This document shows positions 24,001 through 36,518 of a stretch of DNA of 40,568 nucleotides, piece by piece. Within the stretch, counting starts at the first letter, position 1. Each line of letters starts with the position of its first letter. Made by a program: the position numbers and the translations under genes. This stretch comes from Nemertoderma westbladi (lineage: Eukaryota > Animalia > Xenacoelomorpha). A model generated the notes under the pieces. That model ran no database searches. It was not told the DNA's origin and worked only from the letters and a program-made list of their open reading frames with translations. The stretch lies in assembly GCA_032718475.1 (NCBI GenBank), contig JAUCBJ010004339.1:1-40568 (forward strand), read 5' to 3'.

Positions 24001-27000
24001 CTAGTGTCCTGTATCAGTCAACAGTTTTCCTGACTCGGTATATTGATTTTTCTAGTGTCCTGTATCTGTCTACAGTTTAACTGACTCAGTATTGATTTTT
24101 CTAGTGTCCTGTATCTGTCTACAGTTTTCCTGACTCGGTATATTGATTTTTCTATTGTCCTGTATCTGTCTACAGTTTAACTGACTCGGAATTGATTTTT
24201 CTAGTGTCCTGTATCTGTTTACAGTTTTCCTGACTCGGTATATTGATTTTTCTAGTGTCCTGTATCAGTCAACAGTTTTCCTGACTCGGTATATTGATTT
24301 TTCTAGTGTCCTGTATCAGTCAACAGTTTTCCTGACTCGGTATATAGATTTTTCTAGTGTCCTGTATCTGTCTACAGTTTAACTGACTCAGTATTGATTT
24401 TTCTAGTGTCCTGTATCTGTCTACAGTTTTCCTGACTCGGTATATTGATTTTTCTATTGTCCTGTATCTGTCTACAGTTTAACTGACTCGGAATTGATTT
24501 TTCTAGTGTCCTGTATCTGTTTACAGTTTTCCTGACTCGGTATATTGATTTTTCTAGTGTCCTGTATCTGTCAACAGTTTTCCTGACTCGGTATATTGAT
24601 TTTTCTAGTGTCCTGTATCTGTTTACAGTTTACCTGACTCGGTATATTGATTTTTCTATTGTCCTGTATCTGTCTACAGTTTTCCTGACTCGGTATATTG
24701 ATTTTTCTAGTGTCCTGTATCTGTCTACAGTTTTCCTGACTCGGTATATTGATTTTTCTATTGTCCTGTATCTGTCTACAGTTTAACTGACTCGGAATTG
24801 ATTTTTCTAGTGTCCTGTATCTGTCTACAGTTTAACTGACTCGGAATTGATTTTTCTAGTGTCCTGTATCTGTTTACAGTTTTCCTGACTCGGTATATTG
24901 ATTTTTCTAGTGTCCTGTATCTGTCAACAGTTTTCCTGACTCGGTATATTGATTTTTCTAGTGTCCTGTATCTGTTTACAGTTTACCTGACTCGGTATAT
25001 TGATTTTTCTATTGTCCTGTATCTGTCTACAGTTTTCCTGACTCGGTATATTGATTTTTCTAGTGTCCTGTATCTGTCTACAGTTTTCCTGACTCGGTAT
25101 ATTGATTTTTCTATTGTCCTGTATCTGTCTACAGTTTAACTGACTCGGAATTGATTTTTCTAGTGTCCTGTATCTGTTTACAGTTTTCCTGACTCGGTAT
25201 ATTGATTTTTCTATTGTCCTGTATCTGTCTACAGTTTAACTGACTCGGAATTGATTTTTCTAGTGTCCTGTATCTGTTTACAGTTTTGCTGACTCGGTAT
25301 ATTGATTTTTCTAGTGTCCTGTATCTGTCTACAGTTTACCTGACTCGGTATATTGATTTTTCTATTGTCCTGTATCTGTCTACAGTTTAACTGACTCGGA
25401 ATTGATTTTTCTAGTGTCCTGTATCTGTTTACAGTTTTCCTGACTCGGTATATTGATTTTTCTAGTGTCCTGTATCTGTCTACAGTTTACCTGACTCGGT
25501 ATATTGATTTTTCTATTGTCCTGTATCTGTCTACAGTTTAACTGACTCGGAATTGATATTTCTAGTGTCCTGTATCTGTTTACAGTTTACCTGACTCGGT
25601 ATTGATTTTTCTAGTATCCTGTATCTGTCTACAGTTTAACTGACTCAGTATTGATTTTTCTAGTGTCCTGTATCTGTCTACAGTTTTCCTGACTCGGTAT
25701 ATTGATTTTTCTATTGTCCTGTATCTGTCTACAGTTTAACTGACTCGGAATTGATTTTTCTAGTGTCCTGTATCTGTTTACAGTTTTCCTGACTCGGTAT
25801 ATTGATTTTTCTAGTGTCCTGTATCTGTCAATAGTTTTCCTGACTCGGTATATTGATTTTTCTAGTGTCCTGTATCTGTTTACAGTTTACCTGACTCGGT
25901 ATATTGATTTTTCTATTGTCCTGTATCTGTCTACAGTTTTCCTGACTCGGTATATTGATTTTTCTAGTGTCCTGTATCTGTTTACAGTTTACCTGACTCG
26001 GTATATTGATTTTTCTATTGTCCTGTATCTGTCTACAGTTTTCCTGACTCGGTATATTGATTTTTCTAGTGTCCTGTATCTGTCTACAGTTTTCCTGACT
26101 CGGTATATTGATTTTTCTATTGTCCTGTATCTGTCTACAGTTTAACTGACTCGGAATTGATTTTTCTAGTGTCCTGTATCTGTTTACAGTTTACCTGACT
26201 CGGTATATTGATTTTTCTAGTGTCCTGTATCTGTCTACAGTTTACCTGACTCGGTATTGATTTTTCTAGTGTCCTGTATCTGTTTACAGTTTTCCTGACT
26301 CGGTATATTGATTTTTCTAGTGTCCTGTATCAGTCAACAGTTTTCCTGACTCGGTATATTGATTTTTCTAGTGTCCTGTATCAGTCAACAGTTTTCCTGA
26401 CTCGGTATATTGATTTTTCTAGTGTCCTGTATCAGTCAACAGTTTTCCTGACTCGGTATATTGATTTTTCTAGTGTCCTGTATCTGTTTACAGTTTACCT
26501 GACTCGGTATATTGATTTTTCTAGTGTCCTGTATCTGTCTACAGTTTACCTGACTCGGTATTGATTTTTCTAGTGTCCTGTATCTGTTTACAGTTTTCCT
26601 GACTCGGTATATTGATTTTTCTAGTGTCCTGTATCAGTCAACAGTTTTCCTGACTCGGTATATTTATTTTTCTAGTGTCCTGTATCTGTTTACAGTTTTC
26701 CTGACTCGGTATATTGATTTTTCTAGTGTCCTGTATCTGTTTACAGTTTACCTGACTCGGTATATTGATTTTTCTAGTGTCCTGTATCTGTCTACAGTTT
26801 ACCTGACTCGGTATTGATTTTTCTAGTGTCCTGTATCTGTTTACAGTTTTCCTGACTCGGTATATTGATTTTTCTAGTGTCCTGTATCAGTCAACAGTTT
26901 TCCTGACTCGGTATATTGATTTTTCTAGTGTCCTGTATCAGTCAACAGTTTTCCTGACTCGGTATATTGATTTTTCTAGTGTCCTGTATCTGTTTACAGT

Positions 27001-27351
27001 TTTCCTGACTCGGTATATTGATTTTTCTAGTGTCCTGTATCTGTCAACAGTTTTCCTGACTCGGTATATTGATTTTTCTAGTGTCCTGTATCTGTTTACA
27101 GTTTTCCTGACTCGGTATATTGATTTTTCTAGTGTCCTGTATCTGTTTACAGTTTACCTGACTCGGTATATTGATTTTTCTATTGTCCTGTATCTGTCTA
27201 CAGTTTAACTGACTCGGAATTGATTTTTCTAGTGTCCTGTATCTGTTTACAGTTTTCCTGACTCGGTATATTGATTTTTCTAGTGTCCTGTATCTGTCTA
27301 CAGTTTACCTGACTCGGTATTGATTTTTCTAGTGTCCTGAATCTGTTTACA
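21043..27351. repeat. 49/51-bp minisatellite, roughly 125 copies, filling the last ETO intron and overlapping the MYND exon end
   Basis: Unit ctagtgtcctgtatctgtYtacagttt(ac/tc/aa)ctgactcggta(ta)ttgattttt. Confidence 0.97.
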
Positions 27352-27462
27352 GAGAACATGGTGACCTTCCCAGTCTTTGTGTTGACAGAAAGCCCCACAA
27401 TATCGCGCCGTGTTGCATCCAGAACATGTTTCGTGAGCCTTCCGTCCGCAGTTCCAACAGCT
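27309..27462 (-). CDS. RUNX1T1: ETO/MTG exon encoding the NHR4/MYND zinc finger
   Basis: tgttgcag|[52 protein letters not shown]|GTAAAC, nearly identical to the recalled ETO MYND. Confidence 0.93.
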
Positions 27463-28194
27463 CTGCAACAATAAAACGTATTATATTACAATCCAATTAA
27501 ATGCATATGAATAGAATCCCAAGTTCCGACCATACGCATAGGTGAGTGAAAACACAGAAAAATTGCCAAAAAGCTCCATAAATGTTGGACAATGTATAAT
27601 TCCACTTCTACTAATCGAAATTTCATAAAATAAAGTGCATAAAATGCCTTAAATTCTAAACAATATTGGACACCACATCAGCTGTGCAGCATATTATAAA
27701 AGTATAGTCGCGTACTTAACTCTTGAATGCAAAAAATATAGGAAAAATGCAACTTTCACATCAATGTAGTGATCCTTCAACGATTCAATGGCCTATTGGA
27801 ATTATAATAGTGTATAAGTGTTAAATACCGCTAGAAAGCCCATTAAATTTGCAGTCAAACAGTGTACTCACGAACATGATTACATAGATACACGGAACTT
27901 GATGAGCCACCAAAGTCTGTTTTTTAATTTATAGCTAAAATTTGTCTTCCAAGATAATTGTGAGGTAAAAACCCCCTTTACTTTTTTACGCTCGAATTAA
28001 TTATATTTGAAAACACAGCAATTTATGCAGCAGAATTATGGAAAAGAAAATAATCATAATTATTTATTACATGGGAAAAAAAGTAGAACCTTTTTTTCAT
28101 TATTCTCGAGGCATTTTATTTACCGAGCGTCAGCGAGGTTAATAAAGAGTCGAGAGAATATTGAATGTTAAATGAATATTAAATTATTGCAGCA

Positions 28195-28718
28195 ATCAGA
28201 TCCGTATACGATGGTTCGACAACATTTGTGTCTACTGTTGACGGTGACACAGAACCATTTGAAGTGTTATGGGGCGTCCTCCAGGGAGACACATCATTCT
28301 TGATCCATATCCATGCACCATTCTTATTCATAATTGTGGTTGACTATGTTCTACGCATGTCCTTAGATCATCATAATGATGATGGGGTGATGATAACTCC
28401 ACCTACTGGCTCCAGAAGTCGAGGAAATCCTGCCAAGTACCTAACTGATCTAGACTTTGCTGATGACTTATGAGTACTCTCAGAATCACTAGAGGGAGCC
28501 CAACGGCTCCTCAGCTCATTAGAACATGCTGCTTCTAGTGTTGGTCTGTTTATTCACTCCAGAAAGACCAAAATTTTGACAGTTAACTTTGAAAGTCCTC
28601 AGCAACTTGAAAGGGATACTGGACTTGAGAGAAAAGAAATTGCGACAACTATGGAGAATTGGGAAGCCTGGAAGGACTCCATTCCCAGAGTTATCGACCT
28701 AGTATTATAGTTGTAGTA
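28195..28718 (+). mobile_element. Degraded chimeric RTE fragment in an ETO intron
   Basis: RT motifs GVLQGDT and DLDFADDL with an in-frame stop. From about 28603 the sequence is highly similar to the 3' end of the RTE at 11435-11555, including a decayed tag tail. Confidence 0.82.
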
Positions 28719-28745
28719 TGGAGTGAGTTTACTTATCAATCTTAC

Positions 28746-28936
28746 CTCCCTGTTCTCTTCCTGTTTATTAAACGCAACCAGTGCTTCCTCCCTCCCACAC
28801 CTCTTTGCTTCCTGTATTGCTTTATCCAGTTTCTTCTGCTCGGCTGCAACCATTTCCTTGGCCTTTAGATCCGCGGCTGAAACTGCTTTCTGAAGTTCCG
28901 TCAAGGCCTGACGTTTAACCTCAGATACTAATTCAT
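28746..28936 (-). CDS. RUNX1T1: ETO/MTG exon encoding NHR3
   Basis: tgtttatag|(D)ELVSEVKRQALTELQKAVSAADLKAKEMVAAEQKKLDKAIQEAKRCGREEALVAFNKQEENRE|GTAAG; phases 1 in, 0 out. Confidence 0.93.
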
Positions 28937-29116
28937 CTATAAACAATAATATTATGTTGTTTATTTCAATTTATAGTTATCTCATTACTCCGGCGGTTTA
29001 TGCAGGGCAAAATAAAGAAAAGGTAATTTGTAACTCGTTAAATTGAAATATTAAATTAAACTGTGCAGAATTACTATTAATTTACTTATTAATTAATTAT
29101 AAGGTATGTCAGCTGT

Positions 29117-29901
29117 CATGACAGGACAATTGCCCCCGATGACAATTATTGCCCCCCCCCCCCCCCTGACAAATGCCCCCCGGACTATTGCCTTCCGGAC
29201 AATTTCCCCCCGGACTATTGCCTCCCGGACAATTGCCCCCCAATAACACTTATCCACCAAACAATAAATTGGCCCCAAGGAAAATTGTAAATTAAATAAG
29301 GTCGTTCCTAACTAGCAATTTAGTCTTCCTAACTTGTTACAACATTAAACAATAATTTTATATAGCTAAGTCCGTTTTATATTTAATAAAACATCCATGT
29401 TTGCTTATTTATGTGCTCAATAATTACGATATTTTCCAACTGAAGTAATTCATTACAAGAAAAATAGAAATTTAAGTTTAACGCGCTGAGGCCATTAAAT
29501 TACGTCATAAAAAAGCTATAGCTAGCATAAAGACAATCAAATTGTTCTAGAAAAAAAATCGTGCATATTGAAAAACACATAAAAATTAAAAGTTTTGAAA
29601 TGGTGATCAAATCAAATTCTAGAAAAATCTTGGATTTTTCCAAAAAAGCATAAAAGTTTAGAAGTGTTGATCAACTGTTAATTTCCTATTAAATAAAAAA
29701 TTTATTCAATTAAAAAAAGTGCTAATTTCATTAAACCATAGGAAAACTTTCAAAGGATTTCCAGATTTTTAATATATTCATTAAATAAAATATCGGGGGG
29801 TAATTCTCCGGGGGGGGGGGGCAATTAATAGTCCGGGGGTAATAGTCCGGGGGGCAATTTTCCTCGGGGGCAATTGCCCGGGAGGCAATTGTCCTAGTTC
29901 C
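29117..29901. mobile_element. Foldback/Mutator-like MITE with internally repetitive TIRs
   Basis: The left arm has ggacaattgccccc repeats (29124-29241) and the right arm the inverse gggggcaattgtcc (29795-29894), around an AT-rich core. TSD tcagctgt at 29109-29116 and 29903-29910 (9 bp with one mismatch). Confidence 0.78.
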
Positions 29902-30387
29902 ATCAGCTGTACGGGAAAAATAGAAGGCTTTGGCAATATGAAAGGAATTGTGAGTGAAGAAGGCAACTGGAGATAGAAGGGGGACAAAAGTCAGGTTAAC
30001 TAAATCGAGTTTAGATATTGAAATGTTCGTTTATATTATTTATAATCAGTAATTACTCAGATTTTGTATCTTACCCAGCATATTTCACAAACGAGGTCTG
30101 ATGAAATCTAATACAAAACCGAAATCTAATATGCACGACAATTTTTATTGACGTATGTTGGTCCAATTTATATAAAATTCACATATTATGATCATGAAAC
30201 ATAAATTTGTAATTCTGCCGTGACTCATAATCTCAGGCATGACTCGAATCTGCCTGTGTGTTGAAGAACACCAAACATGATAATTATTATAATATATTTA
30301 AAATATTTGTTTACATTTTTTTGGATTGTGGCGTTAAAAATGTTTAAAGATTTGAGATACTGAAATTAGTATGAGTAATGAGCTCAC

Positions 30388-30530
30388 CAGCTTTCCGTTT
30401 TATGTCGCCAACTCGATCCTCGCTCTGTTTCATTGCCACGGTAACCATCTCCGCGTGACGTTTAGAATCAGTGACGTCAATATTTCTTCGCGCAGTCCAC
30501 TTAGCCATATCTTCTCGCTCCACCTTGCAC
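30388..30530 (-). CDS. RUNX1T1: ETO/MTG exon, end of NHR2 to start of NHR3
   Basis: ctggctacag|(R)CKVEREDMAKWTARRNIDVTDSKRHAEMVTVAMKQSEDRVGDIKRKA-G|GTGAGC; phases 2 in, 1 out. Confidence 0.88.
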
Positions 30531-30729
30531 CTGTAGCCAGTAAAATATAAAGATGAATTTCAAGTCGGCATGAAATAAAGCAGCTCAATCCTTATTAAGT
30601 TAATTATTATAACACCGGTTAAAGTAATTATTGTATTGTGATAGTACTAGCAACTACTGTAACGAGTATTAAATACTGGGTGTTGGTGGTGTTAATTTCC
30701 AGTTGGGTTTTATAAAGTTACCAACTACG

Positions 30730-30905
30730 CCGCGAAGTTGGTAGAAGGAGAAGTTGGTAGAGCGTTGGACCTGGAATCTCTCGGTACCGAGTTCAATCCC
30801 CCATTCCGGTGAATGCTTTGTTGTTGTACTATTAGTAGTAAGCCATTCAAGGAGACAGTTCATGCGCTAGTAGACGTGGACCTTTGCGCTTGTTGTTAAT
30901 TAATG
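30730..30905 (+). mobile_element. tRNA-derived SINE-like element
   Basis: A-box-like ttggtagagcgttggac and B-box-like gagttcaatccc at tRNA spacing, followed by an unrelated body; no complete cloverleaf. Confidence 0.6.
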
Positions 30906-30939
30906 TTGGTCGGATGTATGATAAATTAATGATACACGT

Positions 30940-31087
30940 TGGTGGGGCCTTCTCACAGGACGTATTCCGCCTCTAGCCGCCTCTAGCGGGAGACTGGAGA
31001 ACTGAGTAGTCACTGCACGCAAATTATATTTCAGACTTACGACAGACTACATGTGCACGAAGTTTGGTACAGACAGACAGACATACA

Positions 31088-31119
<32 letters not shown>

Positions 31120-31175
31120 TTGAAACAGCGGTACCCTTATACTAGGCACTCTTTCTTCGTTGCGCGCCCAACAGT
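30940..31175. mobile_element. Possible Helentron-associated (DINE/HINE-like) remnant with (GACA)n microsatellite
   Basis: (acag)n tract at 31069-31113 preceded by aagtttggt; resemblance only. Confidence 0.35.
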
Positions 31176-31199
31176 AATTGTTGTGTTTGTTAATACAAA

Positions 31200-34100
31200 T
31201 AATTTTTACATGTGTTTGTTTAGTTATGATTATTATTTTTACCTGTGTTTGTTTAGTTATGATTATTATTTTTACCTGTGTTTGTTTAGTTATGATTATT
31301 ATTTTTACCTGTGTTTGTTTAGTATGATTATTATTTTTACCTGTGTTTGTTTAGTTATGATTATTATTTTTACCTGTGTTTGTTTAGTTATGATTATTAT
31401 TTTTACATGTGTTTGTTTAGTTATGATTATTATTTTTACCTGTGTTTGTTTAGTATGATTATTATTTTTACCTGTGTTTGTTTAGTTATGATTATTATTT
31501 TTACCTGTGTTTGTTTAGTTATGATTATTATTTTTACCTGTGTTTGTTTAGTATGATTATTATTTTTACCTGTGTTTGTTTAGTTATGATTATTATTTTT
31601 ACCTGTGTTTGTTTAGTTATGATTATTATTTTTACCTGTGTTTGTTTAGTTATGATTATTATTTTTACCTGTGTTTGTTTAGTTATGATTATTATTTTTA
31701 CCTGTGTTTGTTTAGTATGATTATTATTTTTACATGTGTTTGTTTAGTTATGATTATTATTTTTACCTGTGTTTGTTTAGTTATGATTATTATTTTTACA
31801 TGTGTTTGTTTAGTTATGATTATTATTTTTACCTGTGTTTGTTTAGTATGATTATTATTTTTACCTGTGTTTGTTTAGTTATGATTATTATTGTTACAGC
31901 TGTGTTTGTTTAGTTATGATTATTATTGTTACAGCTGTGTTTGTTTAGTTATGATTATTATTTTTACCTGTGTTTGTTTAGTTATGATTATTATTTTTAC
32001 CTGTGTTTGTTTAGTTATGATTATTATTTTTACCTGTGTTTGTTTAGTTATGATTATTATTGTTACAGCTGTGTTTGTTTAGTTATGATTATTATTGTTA
32101 CAGCTGTGTTTGTTTAGTTATGATTATTATTGTTACAGCTGTGTTTGTTTAGTTATGATTATTATTTTTACCTGTGTTTGTTTAGTTATGATTATTATTT
32201 TTACCTGTGTTTGTTTAGTATGATTATTATTTTTACATGTGTTTGTTTAGTTATGATTATTATTTTTACCTGTGTTTGTTTAGTTATGATTATTATTTTT
32301 ACATGTGTTTGTTTAGTATGATTATTATTTTTACCTGTGTTTGTTTAGTTATGATTATTATTTTTACCTGTGTTTGTTTAGTATGATTATTATTTTTACC
32401 TGTGTTTGTTTAGTTATGATTATTATTGTTACAGCTGTGTTTGTTTAGTTATGATTATTATTGTTACAGCTGTGTTTGTTTAGTTATGATTATTATTTTT
32501 ACCTGTGTTTGTTTAGTTATGATTATTATTTTTACCTGTGTTTGTTTAGTTATGATTATTATTGTTACAGCTGTGTTTGTTTAGTTATGATTATTATTTT
32601 TACCTGTGTTTGTTTAGTTATGATTATTATTTTTACCTGTGTTTGTTTAGTATGATTATTATTTTTACATGTGTTTGTTTAGTTATGATTATTATTTTTA
32701 CCTGTGTTTGTTTAGTTATGATTATTATTTTTACATGTGTTTGTTTAGTATGATTATTATTTTTACCTGTGTTTGTTTAGTTATGATTATTATTTTTACC
32801 TGTGTTTGTTTAGTTATGATTATTATTTTTACATGTGTTTGTTTAGTATGATTATTATTTTTACCTGTGTTTGTTTAGTTATGATTATTATTTTTACATG
32901 TGTTTGTTTAGTATGATTATTATTTTTACCTGTGTTTGTTTAGTTATGATTATTATTTTTACCTGTGTTTGTTTAGTTATGATTATTATTTTTACCTGTG
33001 TTTGTTTAGTATGATTATTATTTTTACATGTGTTTGTTTAGTATGATTATTATTTTTACCTGTGTTTGTTTAGTTATGATTATTATTTTTACCTGTGTTT
33101 GTTTAGTTATGATTATTATTTTTACATGTGTTTGTTTAGTATGATTATTATTTTTACCTGTGTTTGTTTAGTTATGATTATTATTTTTACATGTGTTTGT
33201 TTAGTATGATTATTATTTTTACCTGTGTTTGTTTAGTTATGATTATTATTTTTACATGTGTTTGTTTAGTATGATTATTATTTTTACCTGTGTTTGTTTA
33301 GTTATGATTATTATTTTTACCTGTGTTTGTTTAGTTATGATTATTATTTTTACCTGTGTTTGTTTAGTTATGATTATTATTTTTACCTGTGTTTGTTTAG
33401 TTATGATTATTATTTTTACCTGTGTTTGTTTAGTTATGATTATTATTTTTACATGTGTTTGTTTAGTATGATTATTATTTTTACCTGTGTTTGTTTAGTT
33501 ATGATTATTATTTTTACCTGTGTTTGTTTAGTTATGATTATTATTTTTACCTGTGTTTGTTTAGTATGATTATTATTTTTACCTGTGTTTGTTTAGTTAT
33601 GATTATTATTTTTACCTGTGTTTGTTTAGTATGATTATTATTTTTACCTGTGTTTGTTTAGTTATGATTATTATTGTTACAGCTGTGTTTGTTTAGTTAT
33701 GATTATTATTGTTACAGCTGTGTTTGTTTAGTTATGATTATTATTTTTACCTGTGTTTGTTTAGTTATGATTATTATTTTTACCTGTGTTTGTTTAGTAT
33801 GATTATTATTTTTACCTGTGTTTGTTTAGTTATGATTATTATTGTTACAGCTGTGTTTGTTTAGTTATGATTATTATTGTTACAGCTGTGTTTGTTTAGT
33901 TATGATTATTATTTTTACCTGTGTTTGTTTAGTTATGATTATTATTTTTACCTGTGTTTGTTTAGTTATGATTATTATTTTTACATGTGTTTGTTTAGTA
34001 TGATTATTATTTTTACCTGTGTTTGTTTAGTTATGATTATTATTTTTACCTGTGTTTGTTTAGTATGATTATTATTTTTACCTGTGTTTGTTTAGTTATG

Positions 34101-36361
34101 ATTATTATTGTTACAGCTGTGTTTGTTTAGTTATGATTATTATTTTTACCTGTGTTTGTTTAGTTATGATTATTATTTTTACCTGTGTTTGTTTAGTATG
34201 ATTATTATTTTTACATGTGTTTGTTTAGTTATGATTATTATTTTTACCTGTGTTTGTTTAGTTATGATTATTATTTTTACATGTGTTTGTTTAGTATGAT
34301 TATTATTTTTACCTGTGTTTGTTTAGTTATGATTATTATTTTTACCTGTGTTTGTTTAGTATGATTATTATTTTTACCTGTGTTTGTTTAGTTATGATTA
34401 TTATTGTTACAGCTGTGTTTGTTTAGTTATGATTATTATTGTTACAGCTGTGTTTGTTTAGTTATGATTATTATTTTTACCTGTGTTTGTTTAGTTATGA
34501 TTATTATTTTTACCTGTGTTTGTTTAGTTATGATTATTATTTTTACCTGTGTTTGTTTAGTATGATTATTATTTTTACCTGTGTTTGTTTAGTTATGATT
34601 ATTATTTTTACCTGTGTTTGTTTAGTTATGATTATTATTTTTACCTGTGTTTGTTTAGTTATGATTATTATTTTTACATGTGTTTGTTTAGTTATGATTA
34701 TTATTTTTACCTGTGTTTGTTTAGTTATGATTATTATTTTTACATGTGTTTGTTTAGTTATGATTATTATTTTTACATGTGTTTGTTTAGTTATGATTAT
34801 TATTTTTACCTGTGTTTGTTTAGTTATGATTATTATTTTTACATGTGTTTGTTTAGTATGATTATTATTTTTACCTGTGTTTGTTTAGTTATGATTATTA
34901 TTTTTACATGTGTTTGTTTAGTATGATTATTATTTTTACCTGTGTTTGTTTAGTTATGATTATTATTTTTACCTGTGTTTGTTTAGTTATGATTATTATT
35001 TTTACCTGTGTTTGTTTAGTTATGATTATTATTTTTACCTGTGTTTGTTTAGTTATGATTATTATTTTTACATGTGTTTGTTTAGTATGATTATTATTTT
35101 TACCTGTGTTTGTTTAGTTATGATTATTATTGTTACAGCTGTGTTTGTTTAGTTATGATTATTATTGTTACAGCTGTGTTTGTTTAGTTATGATTATTAT
35201 TTTTACCTGTGTTTGTTTAGTTATGATTATTATTTTTACCTGTGTTTGTTTAGTTATGATTATTATTTTTACCTGTGTTTGTTTAGTATGATTATTATTT
35301 TTACCTGTGTTTGTTTAGTTATGATTATTATTTTTACCTGTGTTTGTTTAGTTATGATTATTATTTTTACCTGTGTTTGTTTAGTTATGATTATTATTTT
35401 TACATGTGTTTGTTTAGTTATGATTATTATTTTTACCTGTGTTTGTTTAGTTATGATTATTATTTTTACATGTGTTTGTTTAGTTATGATTATTATTTTT
35501 ACATGTGTTTGTTTAGTTATGATTATTATTTTTACCTGTGTTTGTTTAGTTATGATTATTATTTTTACATGTGTTTGTTTAGTATGATTATTATTTTTAC
35601 CTGTGTTTGTTTAGTTATGATTATTATTTTTACATGTGTTTGTTTAGTATGATTATTATTTTTACCTGTGTTTGTTTAGTTATGATTATTATTTTTACCT
35701 GTGTTTGTTTAGTTATGATTATTATTTTTACCTGTGTTTGTTTAGTATGATTATTATTTTTACCTGTGTTTGTTTAGTTATGATTATTAATGTTACCTGT
35801 GTTTGTTTAGTTATGATTATTATTTTTACCTGTGTTTGTTTAGTTATGATTATTATTTTTACCTGTGTTTGTTTAGTATGATTATTATTTTTACATGTGT
35901 TTGTTTAGTATGATTATTATTTTTACCTGTGTTTGTTTAGTTATGATTATTATTTTTACCTGTGTTTGTTTAGTTATGATTATTATTTTTACCTGTGTTT
36001 GTTTAGTATGATTATTATTTTTACCTGTGTTTGTTTAGTTATGATTATTATTTTTACATGTGTTTGTTTAGTATGATTATTATTTTTACCTGTGTTTGTT
36101 TAGTTATGATTATTATTTTTACCTGTGTTTGTTTAGTTATGATTATTATTTTTACCTGTGTTTGTTTAGTTATGATTATTATTTTTACCTGTGTTTGTTT
36201 AGTTATGATTATTATTTTTACATGTGTTTGTTTAGTATGATTATTATTTTTACCTGTGTTTGTTTAGTTATGATTATTATTTTTACCTGTGTTTGTTTAG
36301 TTATGATTATTATTTTTACCTGTGTTTGTTTAGTTATGATTATTAATGTTACCTGTGTTTG
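31200..36361. repeat. 33-bp (32/33/35) minisatellite, roughly 155 copies, starting at the NHR2 exon donor
   Basis: Unit acctgtgtttgtttagttatgattattattttt with variants acatgtg, ttagtatg and gttacagctgtg. Confidence 0.97.
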
Positions 36362-36518
36362 AGTACATTCATTGCAGCCTTTGTTTTATCCACCATTCCG
36401 ATTATACAGTTTAACATGGTATCTACATGTTTCCAGTCCTCTTCCAGAAGATCTGATCGCTCCCCGGATAATATACCGCTGGGATCGAAGAGATCACGAT
36501 CTGATGGGCTCGAGAGCG
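36353..36518 (-). CDS. RUNX1T1: ETO/MTG exon encoding the NHR2 tetramerisation helix
   Basis: tttttttgtgcag|(S)LSSPSDRDLFDPSGILSGERSDLLEEDWKHVDTMLNCIIGMVDKTKAAMNVLKH-AG|GTAACA; matches recalled EEWKHLD..LNCIMDMVEKT; phases 1 in, 2 out. Confidence 0.92.

Noticed and set aside
30745-30812. Functional tRNA gene
   Set aside because: A and B boxes are present, but acceptor and anticodon stems do not pair convincingly; better explained as a SINE head.
14535-36361. Long regular repeat arrays as CRISPR arrays
   Set aside because: Units are head-to-tail with no unique spacers, there are no cas genes, and the context is spliceosomal introns.
31051-36362. Dozens of YDYYFYLCLFS / MIIIFTCVCLV ORFs
   Set aside because: Artefacts of translating a 33-bp satellite antisense to the ETO intron; frames break at every 32/35-bp unit.
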